The notes beneath the pieces are model-generated. The model saw nothing but the letters and a program-made list of their open reading frames with translations, was not told the DNA's origin and did no database searches. A stretch of 64,000 nucleotides of DNA from Macrostomum lignano (taxonomy: Eukaryota): the NCBI GenBank assembly GCA_002269645.1, contig NIVC01000268.1:671090-735089 (forward strand), in the 5' to 3' direction. Position 1 is the stretch's first letter. Every line of letters starts with the position of its first letter. A program made the position numbers and the translations under genes. Positions 41,125 to 55,655 of this stretch are shown piece after piece.

Positions 41125-44100
41125 TAGGGGTAAGATGGGATTAAAATTTTCGGGCGGGATAGGGATCGGGATTCAACTTTTCGGGAATCGGGATCGGGAT
41201 TTGGGAAATAGAAATATGATTATAATTTTTATGAATACAAGCCTAAATGTAATCTGACCTGACTCAAATATATTTTTATGCTTTTAATTGTTATGGCAAT
41301 TTTTTTATATTTCTACTTCTAGCCCTAGGCTTTTGTTTAATAAATTATTATATTTTGATAATTATGATAATTAAAATTTACTAGACTAGCTAAAGCTTAA
41401 GCTTAATTTGGTAATTTGCTATTATATTAGAATGTTAAGCCTATTATTAGTAATTTAGTTATTTAATTTACTAGGTATTTCTAATATTTTAACATATTAT
41501 ATTAATTGATAGCTAAAGTCTATTATATGATAGGGCCTAAACTTCTTATAGCTAGCTAGGCCTCGTAAATAACCTTATATATCTAAATTAATTATTATAT
41601 TGGCACTCTTGGCCCCCAAGGCTAAGCCTTTTATCCTTGTTGGCTTGACTTTACCATTACCATAAAGTTGCATAATATTACCATACTATACCATAGGCCT
41701 AATAGTATAAAGTGCCAATATTGAATTAACATGGTTTATTTCTGTATTAAAACTAGTATAAGTAGTATAAGTTTTACTTTTTCAATTCCTGCAAATTGTA
41801 GTAAGGCTTTGATAATTGATAAGAAGTTTTTTGTGCTAGAATAAGAATCTACCTATACTAATTGTAATTTCAGTTCTAAAATTCCATGAAATATAGTTCA
41901 CAAAAGTTAACAAGAAAAAATGGACTTTTGTAAATAATTTTATTGCTATTATTTAAATGATAATAGAAATTTAATTGTATATTTGTAAGTTTTTATTATG
42001 TGCTATGAAAAAAGTAAAGTTTTGTTGCTTCTTTCCTAGAAATTTAGAAATACAAAATGCAAGGATTATAGATAGGCCTAGCTAGCTACTTGTGATTCTA
42101 GAAGTGAACTTGAAGAGCCTCTTAGACAAAATAATTAGTAAAAAGTACAAAAATTCGAATTTTGTGAAATATAATATAATGTTAAAGTAACCTAGAACTT
42201 GGTCTATCATCTATTAGGTGTTTAAAAGAGAAATATTTATACTTTTCACATTTAAAACATTTATACTTTTTGTTTATTATGCCTACTATTGCTATGTCCT
42301 GCTTGCTGTTTACCTATACTGTAAAGATTTTTTTGGTTGTACTATTTAGTATTTATTGTATAATTATATTTCATGGTTCTGGTTTCAGTTTTGAAATCAC
42401 TTTAATGAATAACCTTTAAGTAGGCCTATAACTTTAGAATATGTTAAGCCTATATTGATTAAATTATAAATTCTAACCTAATAGTTAAGTTAATAAGTAT
42501 TTTTTGTATACTATCTATTAATTAGTTAATATACTAAGTAATTATATTATAAGTTTAGTTTAGATTTTTCTTACTAATTTAGCATGTTCTTTTCTGTATC
42601 ATCTGCAATATCATGTAAAAGCAAAGCTGTTCTTGTTTTTTGTAATAGTTAATATGTAGGACAAATTTTTTATCAAGTTAAAGTACAAGTTTTTTTTACT
42701 TTTTAATTTATTTAAACATGTATATAGTTATTATATGCCTAGTTCTAACATTTGTAATAGAGGTCTAAATCAATTTAATGAATTGCTAAAATGACGAAGT
42801 TAATAATGAGTTTTTGATTAGCTATATTTTTATGTCTATATTAAGTCAAAATTAGGCTAATATAATATGTTTTGCTTATTGGGTTATTTATTATATCCAA
42901 ATATCCAAAATATTTTATTAATATTCTGATCATTTTTATTGTCTTATTTATCTAAATCTCCATTTCAGCTTATCAGAGCTTAGCATATCAAGACCTATCA
43001 AGACTTGTCTAGACTTAATTAACAAGACCTATCAAGACTCCTTTTCTTTATTGTATCTCTGCAATTCAAAACAAGACTCAGCACCAGCATACAATGTCCA
43101 CTAGCAATAACAGCTCAGTTTGGAATTTTTTTAATAAAGTTAAGCATAATGGAGGTAGCTATGCAAAGTGTCTCAGTACAGGTTGTGAGCAGCTTATTTC
43201 GTGCAACACATCCTCTACTAGTGGCCCCAGGTGCCATTTAGAGGCTTGTCACAAACAGCTGTATCTTGAATTGCAGAGGCTTGATGCTGAAAAGGCCAAC
43301 TCATCTGCTTCACCTGCATCAGGATCAGGTACCTTTGGCAACCTAAAAGGGCAACCTACATTAGCACAGTTCATTGCCAGGACCCAAATGTGGAGCTTTG
43401 ATGACAAAAGGTCCAAGGCCATTGATGATGCAATTGTAAAGATGATAATTGTTGATGGTTGTCCTTGGACAATGGTCTCTGACCCAGGCTTTAAAAACCT
43501 ACTGCAGGTTGCTGCACCACAGTATTGTCTTAAGAGTGAGAAATTCTTTCGCGACCAGCTGTAGTTACTCTACTCCCACACTAAGGATAATGTCAAGAAT
43601 CTGCTGCAGGACATTAAGTTTGTGGCTGTTACTTCTGACATCTGGACTGAGAAGGGAAGTTCTTTCTTAAGCCTGACAGTGCAAAGGATGGACGACAAAT
43701 TCAACTTTCTTGAAACTGCGCTGGCTGTAAAGCCAATAGAGGAAGCGCACACTGCAGTAAATGTTGCAAGCCTACTGCGGGAGCTAATGATTGATTTTAA
43801 CATCTATCAGAAGACTGTCAGCATTGTGACAGACAATGTAAGCAGCATGCTCAAAGCTGTCAAACATGTGTCCTAGCAGCTAACAGCTGACAATTCTGGT
43901 ACCAAAAGATCGATTGAGCATGAACAGATCTTGAGCATTGGTTGTGCGGCCCACAAAATTAATCTAATTGTACAAGACACACTGAAGCAGCAGTCTGTGG
44001 TTATTAGGCTGCTTGGAAAGTGCCGTAGACTTGTGACTTATATCCACCACTCAGGCCCCGCTGAAAGACGCTTTAAGAAGCTCTAGGAACAACTGGAACT

Positions 44101-47100
44101 GCCTACAAACAGGCTGATCAGGCTGACAGGTGGAACTCATCGCTAGACATGCTGAGATGTTTTGCAGAGCAAAAGGCTGCAATCAGTGCTTTCACGGCTG
44201 GACAGTCAAAAGATGAAGAAGTTACAAACCAAGAATTCCTGCTTGTTGAAAAGCTGATCTCCCTACTAAGCATATTTGAGGAGGCAACTCTTCAACTAAG
44301 CAAAAAAACAACCAGCATCTCTTATCTCATTCCGATGCAAGCCAGACTTCTGAGATTTCTTGAGAAGCAGCAAGCCCAAGTCAGCGGACTAGGGATGATT
44401 ATTGACTCTACTCCAGTTGGTGCACGAGCGTTTCGACTTTCTTGTTGAACATGAGTCCTGCATCTTGGCAACCATTTTTGACCCCCGCTACAAGTTAGCG
44501 TTTTTTCCTGATTAGCAGAGGGGCTATCTACAGTCAATGGTTGCTTCTAAAGTCTTGAAGCACCAGTATTCAAGCTTAAATGTAGCAGTCATGCCAACAT
44601 CAATTGTTGAGGATGAAAATAGTGGCGACACAGTGGAAATGACAGAGCCTCCACCTTCAAAGTGCAGCCTCATGTGCGAACTGTTTTCAGAATTCACCAA
44701 TGTGAATTCAACTGCAAGTGTGATGCAAGCTGCACAAACCAGTTTGAAGTTGTATTTGGAGTCATCAGTGGAGCCAGAAGCTACTTGTCCGCTAATGTAC
44801 TGGGCCCAATGCAGTACAACTCTTAAAGACATCGTCACTCTACTCATCAAAAGGTTGCATTGCATCCCAGCAGCCAGTGTGTCAAGCGAACACATTTTCA
44901 GCATTGCTGGCAACATATTTAGCAACAGAAAAGCCTCCCTTTCTCCGGAATCCATTGAAAGCATTGTTTTTTGCAAAATAAACATTCCTCTACTAGAGGA
45001 GAAGAGCCAAGCTAGTAATTGAACAAGACTAAAATCCAACTTGATAATTTCCAAACTTCTGTAGTTACTAGTAGTGAATAATGTGTCTTTTATGACAATT
45101 TTCCTAGGCTATCATACCGTAAAACATCAATTTCATTATAAAACAAAAATGCCAACTATTTTTGTAGCTTTTTGTCCTTTTATTTAAATCTTTACTTTAT
45201 TGGTACATTTACTTGTATTGCATATGCATACTAATTCATTACAAATGTTTGTGCTTTATTTTTCTTATTATGTAGTTGCCTTCAATAAGATCAGACTTAC
45301 TAAGTAGGAAATAGCATAAGTAGACTAGAAGTTAAAATTGAAACAGGAGCTATAGAAACATTAAACATTTTTACGACCATCAATGTGATACATGTACAAT
45401 TTTTGCTTCCAGTTTACTAATACTATTTCACCAATTTAAGAATTAGTAATGAGTTTTACTAATCTTTTCTGTTCAAGCAAGCACACTCTACTACATGTAT
45501 CTACTAAGCCAAGAATTATGGTTATACACACATCATGAAATAAGTGTTTTTGTTGATTTGGCAAATAAAGTAACCTACTTTTGGTTGTGCCCTTTCACCT
45601 AGCAATAGCTAGGCATAGCTCTTGGCCTTGATTTTGTTCTGCAAAAGTATGCTATTTGATTGGACTATTGTTAGTTCGTCCATCGTCTGATAGTTATGTG
45701 GGTTCTTTGTGCACAATGTGTAGAAAAGAATTCATATGATTATATCATAATTATTATCATCTGCTTATATCAATAATACATGTAAATGTGTTACTGATTT
45801 TTTACTTGCACTTACACATGTATTAACTAAAATCTAGAGTGTTATGGATATTCAAGCATACAAACCTTAGAGATTTAGTATATTTGGATTAGAGATTTAG
45901 TATATTTGGATTTGGAGCTAGAAGCAAAATGACTACATGTACAAATGGTTAGAAATGTATCATTTAATCTACCAAGAAAGAAGTAACTAAATGTGGTAAA
46001 AATTTTGGATTGTTAGTGTTACATATAGTTGCCATATTCATCTAGACATCATTCATATCATACATTGTAAGGTATATTGATCCAATAAACAGCTAAAGCA
46101 TTAAAGGTTCAGGAAAACACATTATATTTTACTTCACTCATTATTCAAATTGCTTGTTAAAAATTTACAACCATTAAGTGAATCATTCAATGATTATATA
46201 CAAAGTTGAATATAAACATACTTGCATACAAACTAAGACTTACCAAAAATTGTTGATCTTGTTATTTATATAGTCATTGATTCTTACAATGCATATTATT
46301 GTAATTAACGATCTTCTAAAAAAATACAATCTTATGCATATCGGAATTAACAATTTTTTTGAATATGTAGTAACTAAAATTGATGGACTAAACAAGTCTG
46401 CTATTATAGTAGGCGGGATTCTTCCTTTTTAATAATATCCCACCGCTGCCATCAAGTTGTTACAGGCCTTTTGGCTCTCTATAAGAATTTCACCGTTATG
46501 CCACCAAGGTTGTACTAGGGGTGATTCTTTCTTCTTAATAATAATTTCACACTGTCACCAAAAGCTATCACAGGGCTAATTTACTAATCTCTTAAGTGTT
46601 CTTCTTAGGTTGGTAGCTGCCACCAGGATTATCCTATTAATAAATTGTGAGTTTATCAATCTTAGAATAATCCGAGAAATGTTTCTTAGAATTGATCTGA
46701 GTATATATCTTAGTATTTAGTCTAAGTATTTAGTCTGAGTATTTAGTCTAAGTATTATTCTTAGAAAAACTGTTAGCCCTGAAAGATTTTACTCTTCTAA
46801 TTATTCTGGTAGCGTTCTATTATTCTGGTAGCGTTCTATTAATAATGGCCTGAGCGGTATTTTGGCTTACTGGTATATGTATTTCATGTACTTTTCAAGT
46901 CCTTGGGCGTTACCGAGATCAGAGGGTCACCGCCTCCGTTATTTTTACACGTATTACTTTAGATCTACTTCGCAACTTCTTACTACTCAACACTTTCCTT
47001 CTCAGTAGTATATACGGTCCACACTTCCGTCTACTTCACTCTTACTTCTTAAAAGGAATTAACACAGAAAACACTTCTTCAATTCTTATTTTCTCGGAAC

Positions 47101-47519
47101 TCTTACTATTCATTATAACTATATTACTAGTGAACCGCGATGCACGAGGTTGCTTCTCCCTCCGCCAAATTTGCTTGTATTTATAGTAAAATTCTAGTAG
47201 ATTTTAAACAAAAATTAATTTGCATAAAATATTATACAAATCTTAAGTATTAAAACAAAAATGTGTCGTAGTTTTTGGCGTGAATTTAAAGTGTAATAAA
47301 TGATAGCTATTTTTTTAGAAAGAAATTGGGAGGGGCCCTGTACACTATTATTTACTTTGTTATATTTGTATTTGGTAAAAATATATGCTTCTCTACAAGA
47401 AAAAACTTGAAATGTAATCCCGATGATCTCGACATGTATTATCATCGGGATTGGGATCCCGACAACCCCTTGGGATCCTGTGTTTCCGGGATTGGGATTG
47501 TGATCCCATCCGACCCCTA
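41125..47519 (+). mobile_element. Inner hAT transposon (6.4 kb)
   Basis: TIR TAGGGGT..GATGGGAT; perfect TSD ACTAACTG (41117-41124 and 47520-47527); TCGGGAT subterminal repeats at both ends; contains the transposase remnant. Confidence 0.92.
43094..45022 (+). pseudogene. Disrupted hAT (BED-finger, ZBED/Ac-like) transposase
   Basis: BED finger SVWNFF..C...C..HL..H, AVTSDIWT (catalytic D), CAAHKINL, RWNS, C-terminal CIPAASVSSEHIFS; several stops and frameshifts. Confidence 0.92.
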
Positions 47520-48267
47520 ACTAACTGTTGCTCTAACAGTTTAGCGGCTTGAGAATTTTTTATTAGGATTGATAATAAAAACAAATTATTAGCAATAGCA
47601 TTATTAGCTTAGTCAATTAAAATGTATGAGTTAAAAATGTGCAAAAATACATGAATTTGTGTGAAATGGCAGTTTATATTAAATGTATTAATTAATTAGC
47701 ACATTTAAAAGTTAGTGGCGCTAATTGCACTAAATTCAAAGTAGAAATAGTGCCCACTATTAGCGATTGCTAATTTTTTTCTTGTATCAGTTAGCGACAG
47801 CACTAATTAGCTGCACTAAAAATAAATTTAGCGGTGCCCATCACTGTCTAAGTTCTAACACTTATAACACTTAAAATGCCACAAAAGTGCCCAAACTTTT
47901 AATTCAACCCTTGTGTTTACACATTTGGAATAGAAAATTATCTTAGCTTTGATATTCTTGAATTGAATTTTATTTCATACAATAATTTATGTTTTTCAAG
48001 AAAAAATTTTTTTTGTCTGACTTAATACAATAATAGTCTATCTACTGAACTAAATGTAAATGGAATAAGCCAAAATGATAGTGAAATAATATAAAATAGA
48101 AATGTAGGCCCTATCTGATCAACAGAAGTGTTATAAAATATTAATAATATTAATAGTGGAACTTAATAGCCATCGATATAGGACCTAGATCGATAGAGTC
48201 TATAAATATGGACCCAGTCACTATTAGAGACACGGCCGCTGTGTATACTATAAGTTTCTGCATTATA

Positions 48268-48304
48268 GACACGGCCGCCGTGTCTCTAAGTGTGGCGTAT
48301 CTAG
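48268..48304 (+). mobile_element. Probable Helitron-type 3' terminus
   Basis: Hairpin GACACGG-CCG-CCGTGTC, 16-nt spacer, then CTAG followed by T. The 5' end was not found. Confidence 0.45.
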
Positions 48305-48711
48305 TATCACTATTTAAAAAAATAAAAAATACTACTGTTGCATTAACATACCTGAGATGATTCAGTTAAAGCTATAAATGAATTCATGAGGATTTTTACT
48401 TAGAGCTTTACTATAAATTTTAAATCAATCTTTGCTTATTGCGTAGAGTAATCGCAACATGCGGTATGACTTCGTGTAATAGGTAGGTAGGTGGGTGTGT
48501 GAAAGCCCGCTGTGTTTTCTAAGAAACAGATTTCTAAATAAGATCAAACAAAGGAAGATCAAATTTTTTTGTTTATTTTTAGTAATTTGTTTTTGTTTCG
48601 AATGACTTAAAATTTTTTTTCAATATTTTTACAGCATTTATGCTATAACTTGTTTAATGAGAAATACATTTCTCATTAATGAGTCTGGGCCGTACATCTA
48701 TTTAAACGTGC

Positions 48712-51480
48712 GGGTGTGTATAAAAGCTGGCACTGGCACATTGGACACATTGGACACCCCTTTTTATAACAAAATTAGATATGAAAATGCAGAATAAACT
48801 TGCAGAGATCCTTTTAAATAATTTAAAAAAATGATAATATTAGAAATGACATCCTTGCTTTCGTGATAGATGATTTGTTAAATATTCTTTGTATTATCGT
48901 TTTTTGTACATGTTTAATTTGGCATTCGATTTTTTAAAATAATCGCACATGTATGCAAAAACTGCAGCTTGCAATGCTATTACACTGTGATTTTACTACC
49001 CGAAGGTTCTGTACTACAGGCGTACCGATTTAATGCTAAATATGCCTGATATATAATATAAAATGATCAAACTAATAGTCAGAACTCAATTTTCCATAAA
49101 ATGATGAAGCATTCTGCTCTTATCAAAAAACCACAACTTATTTTGTTAGGATTACTTCATGAAGAACGAACTTTGGATATTCCAAGTTGCAAGTATTTCT
49201 ATATTAAAAAAGTTAATACATTGGCAGATTATTTGATGAAAAAATTGCACCCAAAAAGTTTTTTTACTTTGTAAGATGATGATTAAATTGATAATTTCCA
49301 AGCTTCTTCTTTTATTAGTTCAATTACTTTTTCTATGATTTCAACCAACAAAAAAGGAATAGCTACTCAGTGAAAGTTCAAATTACAGTCTCTTCTTTAT
49401 ATACAATCCTTGTAAGAAAACCTTTTATTATGAATAATTTGCCAAGTCATGATATTTAAGAAATTGTGCTAATCATTTAAATTATGAGTTAAAAATTCAA
49501 GCATTTAAGTAAAAAATCTACCTTACAGACCAAGAAGTCTTTTTACTGAAAAGTTATGTGACGCTTTGAATAAACAACATATAAACCATCTTCACATAAC
49601 ATTTATTGTCATTTATTTCAGGCCTAAATCCTTTAGCACATAAATATTCTGCACGTATGTTGCAGGGTATATTTCCTTTTTCTAAAATCCTACAAATGCC
49701 ACAAAGTTTTAATTGGCAGATTTATTAGTATTGTTTATATTAATATTTCTATATTTATGAGAAGTGTCCCAATAAGAACAAGTTCCCAATCAGTAGAACA
49801 CTATTTTTTAATTCTAATGTCCAAAACTATGGCATTCTAAGGGACCAAGTGATAGGTTTTAAGCTACTATTAGCACCTGCATGATTTATTTATTTAATAC
49901 CTACACATTCCTTAATGTCTATAGTTCGCCTAATTGCCTAATTGCTAACCCTAATTCTAGCCTTCTTGGCTTACAATTTTGCGTCTTCACAGCATATTAT
50001 TCAATTCAAGCCCTACTAATTTTATTAATTTTATTAGCCTCTCTTAATTTTATAAAATAATAATTTTCTTTAGTGTAACTGCTCCAAAAATTTAAGTGGT
50101 GTGCCGAAACACCACTTGCACCATTACAGCCCTGTCTATAATTTTTTTGTGCTAATTGGTTGACCACTTTCAATAATTTTCTTGGGTCAAGAGTGTGATA
50201 TATGCATATTGCAGCATGAATTTTTTAAAGAATCCCTAATTTTATACAAGGAATCATATATATTTATAGAAAGTTAGCTCTTAGAGTAGAGATAAAGTAC
50301 ATAAGACTATTAATAGCAACTTTTCATACAATTGCTTATGGTAATGACTTCTATTGTTATAAAGTTACAAATAAATAAAAAGTTACATTGCATTTAAACT
50401 GTACTTTATGAGTTGTAAGCCTTTCAACTCAGAGTGCACTTCAATTGCTTTAATATACATTGCTAGATGTTATTTAGCATTTCTTTGTTATTTATCATTT
50501 AACTCATTGCATTATTTAATTGCTAATTTCATTTGCTCAGCTGCAATATTTATAACTTTTTTATTAATGCCAATGTTTGTTATACTTTTTCTCCCCATTT
50601 TTAGTGTTTGTGGTATTCTTTTGTCAAATTTTAATTTTTCAGCTGTATCTATCTTTACAAAAAAATGTACCTGTAAACTTATGGTTTTTTGCTTACAATG
50701 GTATTGTACTAAATTATATTTATTTCCTTGTTAGATTCTCTAAATTGAAAAAGTAATGCACTGCTTTATTATCATCCATATTGAATATTAAGGAGTTAGT
50801 ATTCTTTCCTTGAAAAAGATTCTAGAGTTGGATTCTATTTGATAAGAGAATAAATAATTTATTGAGTTTTAATGTTTTTAAAACATTAATTAATTGCATT
50901 TTGATGGACATCATAACTTAAAAAAATATTCGTTTTTTTATTTAAGACACGGGGGATTTTAAAAGTCCATATTAACAACAAATCAAACATTAACATTATG
51001 GGAGAGAGAGAGAGAGAGAGAAGGATTAGATTCACTTTCACCATTGCTGTTGATTTATGGAAAGGCAGTAAACAAGCCAGAGCAGCTGCAAATTGTCAAA
51101 TATGCCATGTCCGGCTATAAAATTCTGCAACTAGTCTGCTGCTCACTTTTTCCAACGTTTATTGAGAACAAGAAACGGCATTTAATGCTTCTATGTTTTC
51201 TGTAAGTGCACCAACTAGGTAAATGAAAATGACGTACCGAAAGTAGTTCGACAATAAAGCAAGATAAGAAATGAATTTAAATGTAGAATAAAACTTGTTG
51301 ATACTACCAATCTCATGGTTGTTAGAAGTATATGAAAAAGTGCAATTATAAATAAATGTTTACGTTTTGATTCGAAAGCCAAAGTATATTTATTCAAGCA
51401 AAACAACGATCAAAACTCGATTTTTGTTAACATAAGGGGTGTCCAATGTGCCAATGGTGCCCTGCTTTTATACAGACCCT
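48712..51480. mobile_element. hAT-like non-autonomous or decayed DNA transposon (2.8 kb)
   Basis: Imperfect ~60-bp inverted ends (GGGT.TGTATAAAAGC..GGCAC..TGGCACATTGGACACCCC); 8-bp TSD AAACGTGC (48704-48711 and 51481-51488). Confidence 0.78.
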
Positions 51481-52539
51481 AAACGTGCAACTAAACTTTC
51501 TAAGCGAACGATATAAGGAAGGTCTGACATCTATGTAGAAAAGCAATTTGATTTAAAGATATAAAATCTTCAAAATATAAGATTAAAAAATTGCTTGCAC
51601 GCCTTGGATCATCGGCTTATGAATTCTATTTTATGATCCCTGACTGTATGAGCATGAGTGTATGTATAAACAATATGAGCACAGAGATGGCAAAATCTTA
51701 TATCTAAAGCTGAGTGGATCGATCGACCGGCCGGGTTTAACGCGTATCTCCTCCTAAACGGCTGGCAACTCAAATGCAGGACTTATATATATCAATGCAG
51801 AATTTTCCTACGCAACAAATAGGCTATTTTAATGTTGAAATTTTAAAATTAATTCTGCTAAAAAAGCAGAAAACTGTTTTCTTAACCTTCTTTGGCCACT
51901 TTGCCTCTCCAGTGGCATTATTGTAAAAACAACCACCCCAACCTCCCCCCACAGGTCGCTGTGTATTGGAGGGGTGGGTGATGCGTGTTCTGGGTTCAAT
52001 GCTAATAAAACCCCCGCGTGTTGGGGGGTTCAGTTAAATTTAATGCTTCCCTCCAGAACGGAGGGTTGGTTTGGGCTGAGTGTACATAGCAATGTACATT
52101 GTAAACAGATAGTTAGGACTGTGTCGAGATTCAATTGGTTTTATTATCGGCGCCTTTCAAAAGGCAGCCCTGTCTGTATATTAGCTGGGCAGTGAAATTC
52201 AATGAATAAACAGCAGGCAGGTGAATGTACACTCGATACTTAATGCTTTGAACCGGGAAGTTCAGACGTTAACTGTTCCTCGAGTTTTAAACTTTGAGAG
52301 GAGAGACTTATATTGCTGGAAGGATCTTGCAACGCTGAATTCGCGGATATAAGTTATTTGCTTTAAATATGAAAACAAAAAGCACAGCATTGAAAAAACG
52401 ATTCCATACTTTTAAAATTTCTGCCAAGATTGTAGTTGGGGGGGTTGCGTACACAAATTCAGGCCAGCTATCATTTGAGTAAATTCAGTAATGGAGGAGG
52501 CGGGTAACAAATTTCAATTGGTTTGATTATCGGCGCTTT

Positions 52540-53560
52540 CAGTCCGTTAGATAAGAGAGTAAAGAGAAGAGAGATTTCAAGGAGAAGAGAAGATAGAAAG
52601 ATGATAGAAAAGACAGTAGATATGAGAGATAAGAGATTAAAGACGACAGAGCCAGAGGGGAGAGAAGAGGGGAGTGAGGCGGGAATGATGAAGAGGGAGA
52701 GCGAAGAGAAGAGAAAGTAGAGGGAAGAAAGGAGGGAAGAGAGGAAAATGAGAGAGCAAAGGAGGGAGGAAAGATGGGAGGAGAGAGGAGGGATAAGATA
52801 GTACAGAGGAGAGAGAAGAGAGAGGAGAGATGAGACAGGAGACGGTAGAGAGAAGAGGGGAAAGATGAGAGATGAAAAGGGAGAGGGTAAGAGAGAAAAT
52901 AGGAGTATGAGAAATGAGAGCAGAGAGGAGAGACGAGAGAGAAAAGAGAGGAGAGAGAGAGGACAGGGTAGAGGAGAGGCGATAGATAAGCGAGTAGAGA
53001 TGAGAGATGAGAGAGAAGAGGAGAGATAGAGAGAATTGAGAGAAGACAGGATAGAAGAGATAGAGAGAAGAGGGGAGAGAGAGAAGCGAGAAGAGAAGGG
53101 AGAGAAGAGAGAGATGAAAAAACAAATGAGAAAGCAAAGGGGAAAGATGAGAGAATAGAGATGAGAAAATAAAGATGAGAGCGTAGAGGGGAGAGATGAG
53201 AGATGGGAGGTGATTGATAAGAAAGTAAGAGTAGAGATGAGAGAGGAGATGAGAGCAGAGAGAAGAGATTAGATAAAGGAGCAAAGAGGAGAGAGGAGAC
53301 AGGAGAGTCTCAGACTGGACGATGGCAGTCAATTTTTGCAAACAGGGAAAACATGCTATGATATTTCAGAGGTTTTATGGAGGATTTTTTAAATTTTAAA
53401 TTTAAGATAAGCGAGGAGATGAGAGCAGAGAGGAGATAGGAGAAATTAGAGATGAGAGAGCAGAGAGGAGATAGGAGAGATTAGAGATGAGAGAGCAGAG
53501 AGGAGATAGGAGAGATGAGAGATGAGAGAGCAAAGAGGAGAGAGGAGACAGACGAGAGTC
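52540..53560. repeat. Purine-rich (GA) low-complexity tract with a short internal duplication
   Basis: Almost pure A/G; the ~53270-53345 segment recurs at ~53520-53600. Confidence 0.9.
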
Positions 53561-55382
53561 TCAGTCTGGACGATGGCAGGCAGTCAATTTTTGCACACAG
53601 GTAAAACAACATGGTTTTTGGGAGGTTAATATAGGATTTGGAGAGGATTTGGACGGTGGGATTCGTGTCATTGGATTCAGCTGATGGTTTCGGGGAATGA
53701 AATTCTGGCGATGGGAGTTCTATCCCCTCACTCCGCCAACGGAGGAGTTGGCCTCGTAGATTCATAAACCGCCTGCGCCTATGCATTTTTATGCTTTTTA
53801 ACTAGGTACAGCAATGTACGTGGAATAAAACATTAACATAGAATCCTTATCTTCTGAACTAAAGCTACATGCATATATCAATTGAGCTATAAGTGTTAAA
53901 TTTATTATCAAATATTAGCTTTGGGTCTTATCGGTGGCATGGCAATAACAATTTTTGTGCTGAAAAATGAAAACTTCCTATCTACGTACGTAGTGTATTT
54001 TTTCGTAAAAACCTGTCTTCTAAAATTTTCCACAAAACTTAGAAACGTCCTTTAACTTAATAGTCTTTGGAAAGAATGTGCAGACAAAGGACAAATTAAT
54101 TATATATCCGTTTATTATAGAACGGGAGTCAAAATGGTAAAACTTGAGAATATAAAACAAAATTAACCGGCTTAAACAAGTAGCCTATGTTATTTGTTTC
54201 CCTATGCAGTGAGCTGTAGACAGAGAAGACGAATGTTGCTTCAAAAAGAAAGTATAAATTTTTATGAAAGTCATATCTTAATCAACTGTTTTTTTACACG
54301 GGGCACGTTAGGACGAGAAAATGTTTACGAATTAAGTTCTCTTCTAGAATAGTAGCAGTATATTTAAACAAAATTAAATTGTATTTGAAAATACGGTACC
54401 AACTCTACAATAGTTAAGGCGCAAGCCCAAGAGTTGGCCTAGCTATAAACAGCAAAAACAGTTAACAAACAAGAAAGCGATGTAGTCCCAAAAATATGTA
54501 TATAAATTTATAGTGGCAATGATAGAAATTCACATAATTAACTGAGCAGAGAGGCGTGCAAAGAAACAGAAACGAACTGTCTATCTTCGTGCATACAAAA
54601 ACTGATAACAAGAATAGCAGTCGATACAGAGAGATAATCTGACTACAAAATAAGCTATATTGCCTAAATAGTTGAGTCGTTTAGTATCAACTATACGACA
54701 GCATGTACAATGATACAAGCGGTGGTTTTATCATGCAATTATACTACGGAATAGTAATAGCTACAGGAGAACAAATAAATCTAATTTTATCTAGCCACAT
54801 GCCAATGAATTTCGATATTATTAATACGTTTTCCAACCCGAAAAAGCCGCCTTAAACCAACTAAACTAACAAAATAGTTATGCGTCATTGAAACAAATTC
54901 TCCATTAGCTAAATTGTGTGAAATTTTAGCTAATTTAAAAATGGGGTACAAAAATGGGGGAAAATACAACGAACTAATTATAACAAAATATGCAGAAACA
55001 AAATAGCAAAGAGCACTGTAAAAAAACAAATGAATAGATATCTTAGGCACTAAACTGTAAGAAAGTGCACAAGAAAAAAACATTATTTAGAAATTGGTTA
55101 GTAACTGTGCTTAATTATCTATATATTGTTTTAGATTAAAATATTTTTTCTAGAATTTATTTCTACGAGCGTATTTCTAGTGCTAGCTTTAATATAGTAG
55201 TATATAGAGTAAAAACATTACGAAATTAACAAAATTAGAAAAACATGAGAAAGAATGTACCAACTGCTGACTAATGAATATTGGCAAACCCTGCATAATT
55301 AGGTACTAATGTCTTAACAGAGGACGAGGATACACAATGGGCAAGTGGGGGTTCATAGTGATTGATAAATGGTCATACGGAA

Positions 55383-55402
55383 AGACAGACAGACAGACAG
55401 AC

Positions 55403-55437
<35 letters not shown>

Positions 55438-55452
55438 CTGAGACAGACAGCC

Positions 55453-55511
<59 letters not shown>

Positions 55512-55512
55512 A

Positions 55513-55561
<49 letters not shown>

Positions 55562-55655
55562 CTGAGAAAGACAGACAGAAAGAAAGAATGACAGACAGAC
55601 AGAAAGACAGACAGACAGACAGGCAGGCAGACAGACACTGAGACAGACAGACACA
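55383..55655. repeat. (CAGA)n microsatellite
   Basis: Visible. Confidence 0.97.

Larger units (their letters stand above)
40487..47846. mobile_element. Outer non-autonomous hAT element (about 957 bp before the inner insertion)
   Basis: TIR CA(A/G)TGATGGGCAC; perfect TSD TCTAAGTT (40479-40486 and 47847-47854); TTAGCG-like subterminal repeats. Confidence 0.88.

Noticed and set aside
50095-50135. Hairpin AAGTGGTG...CACCACTT and a CAGGGCTG-type transposon end
   Set aside because: No partner TIR or matching TSD was found.
52637-53341. 234-aa Leu/Ser-rich membrane-like ORF
   Set aside because: It is the translation of a GA/CT low-complexity tract.
53640-53790. GC-richer island that could be an exon
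   Set aside because: No frame gave a recognisable product or a pair of compatible splice sites.
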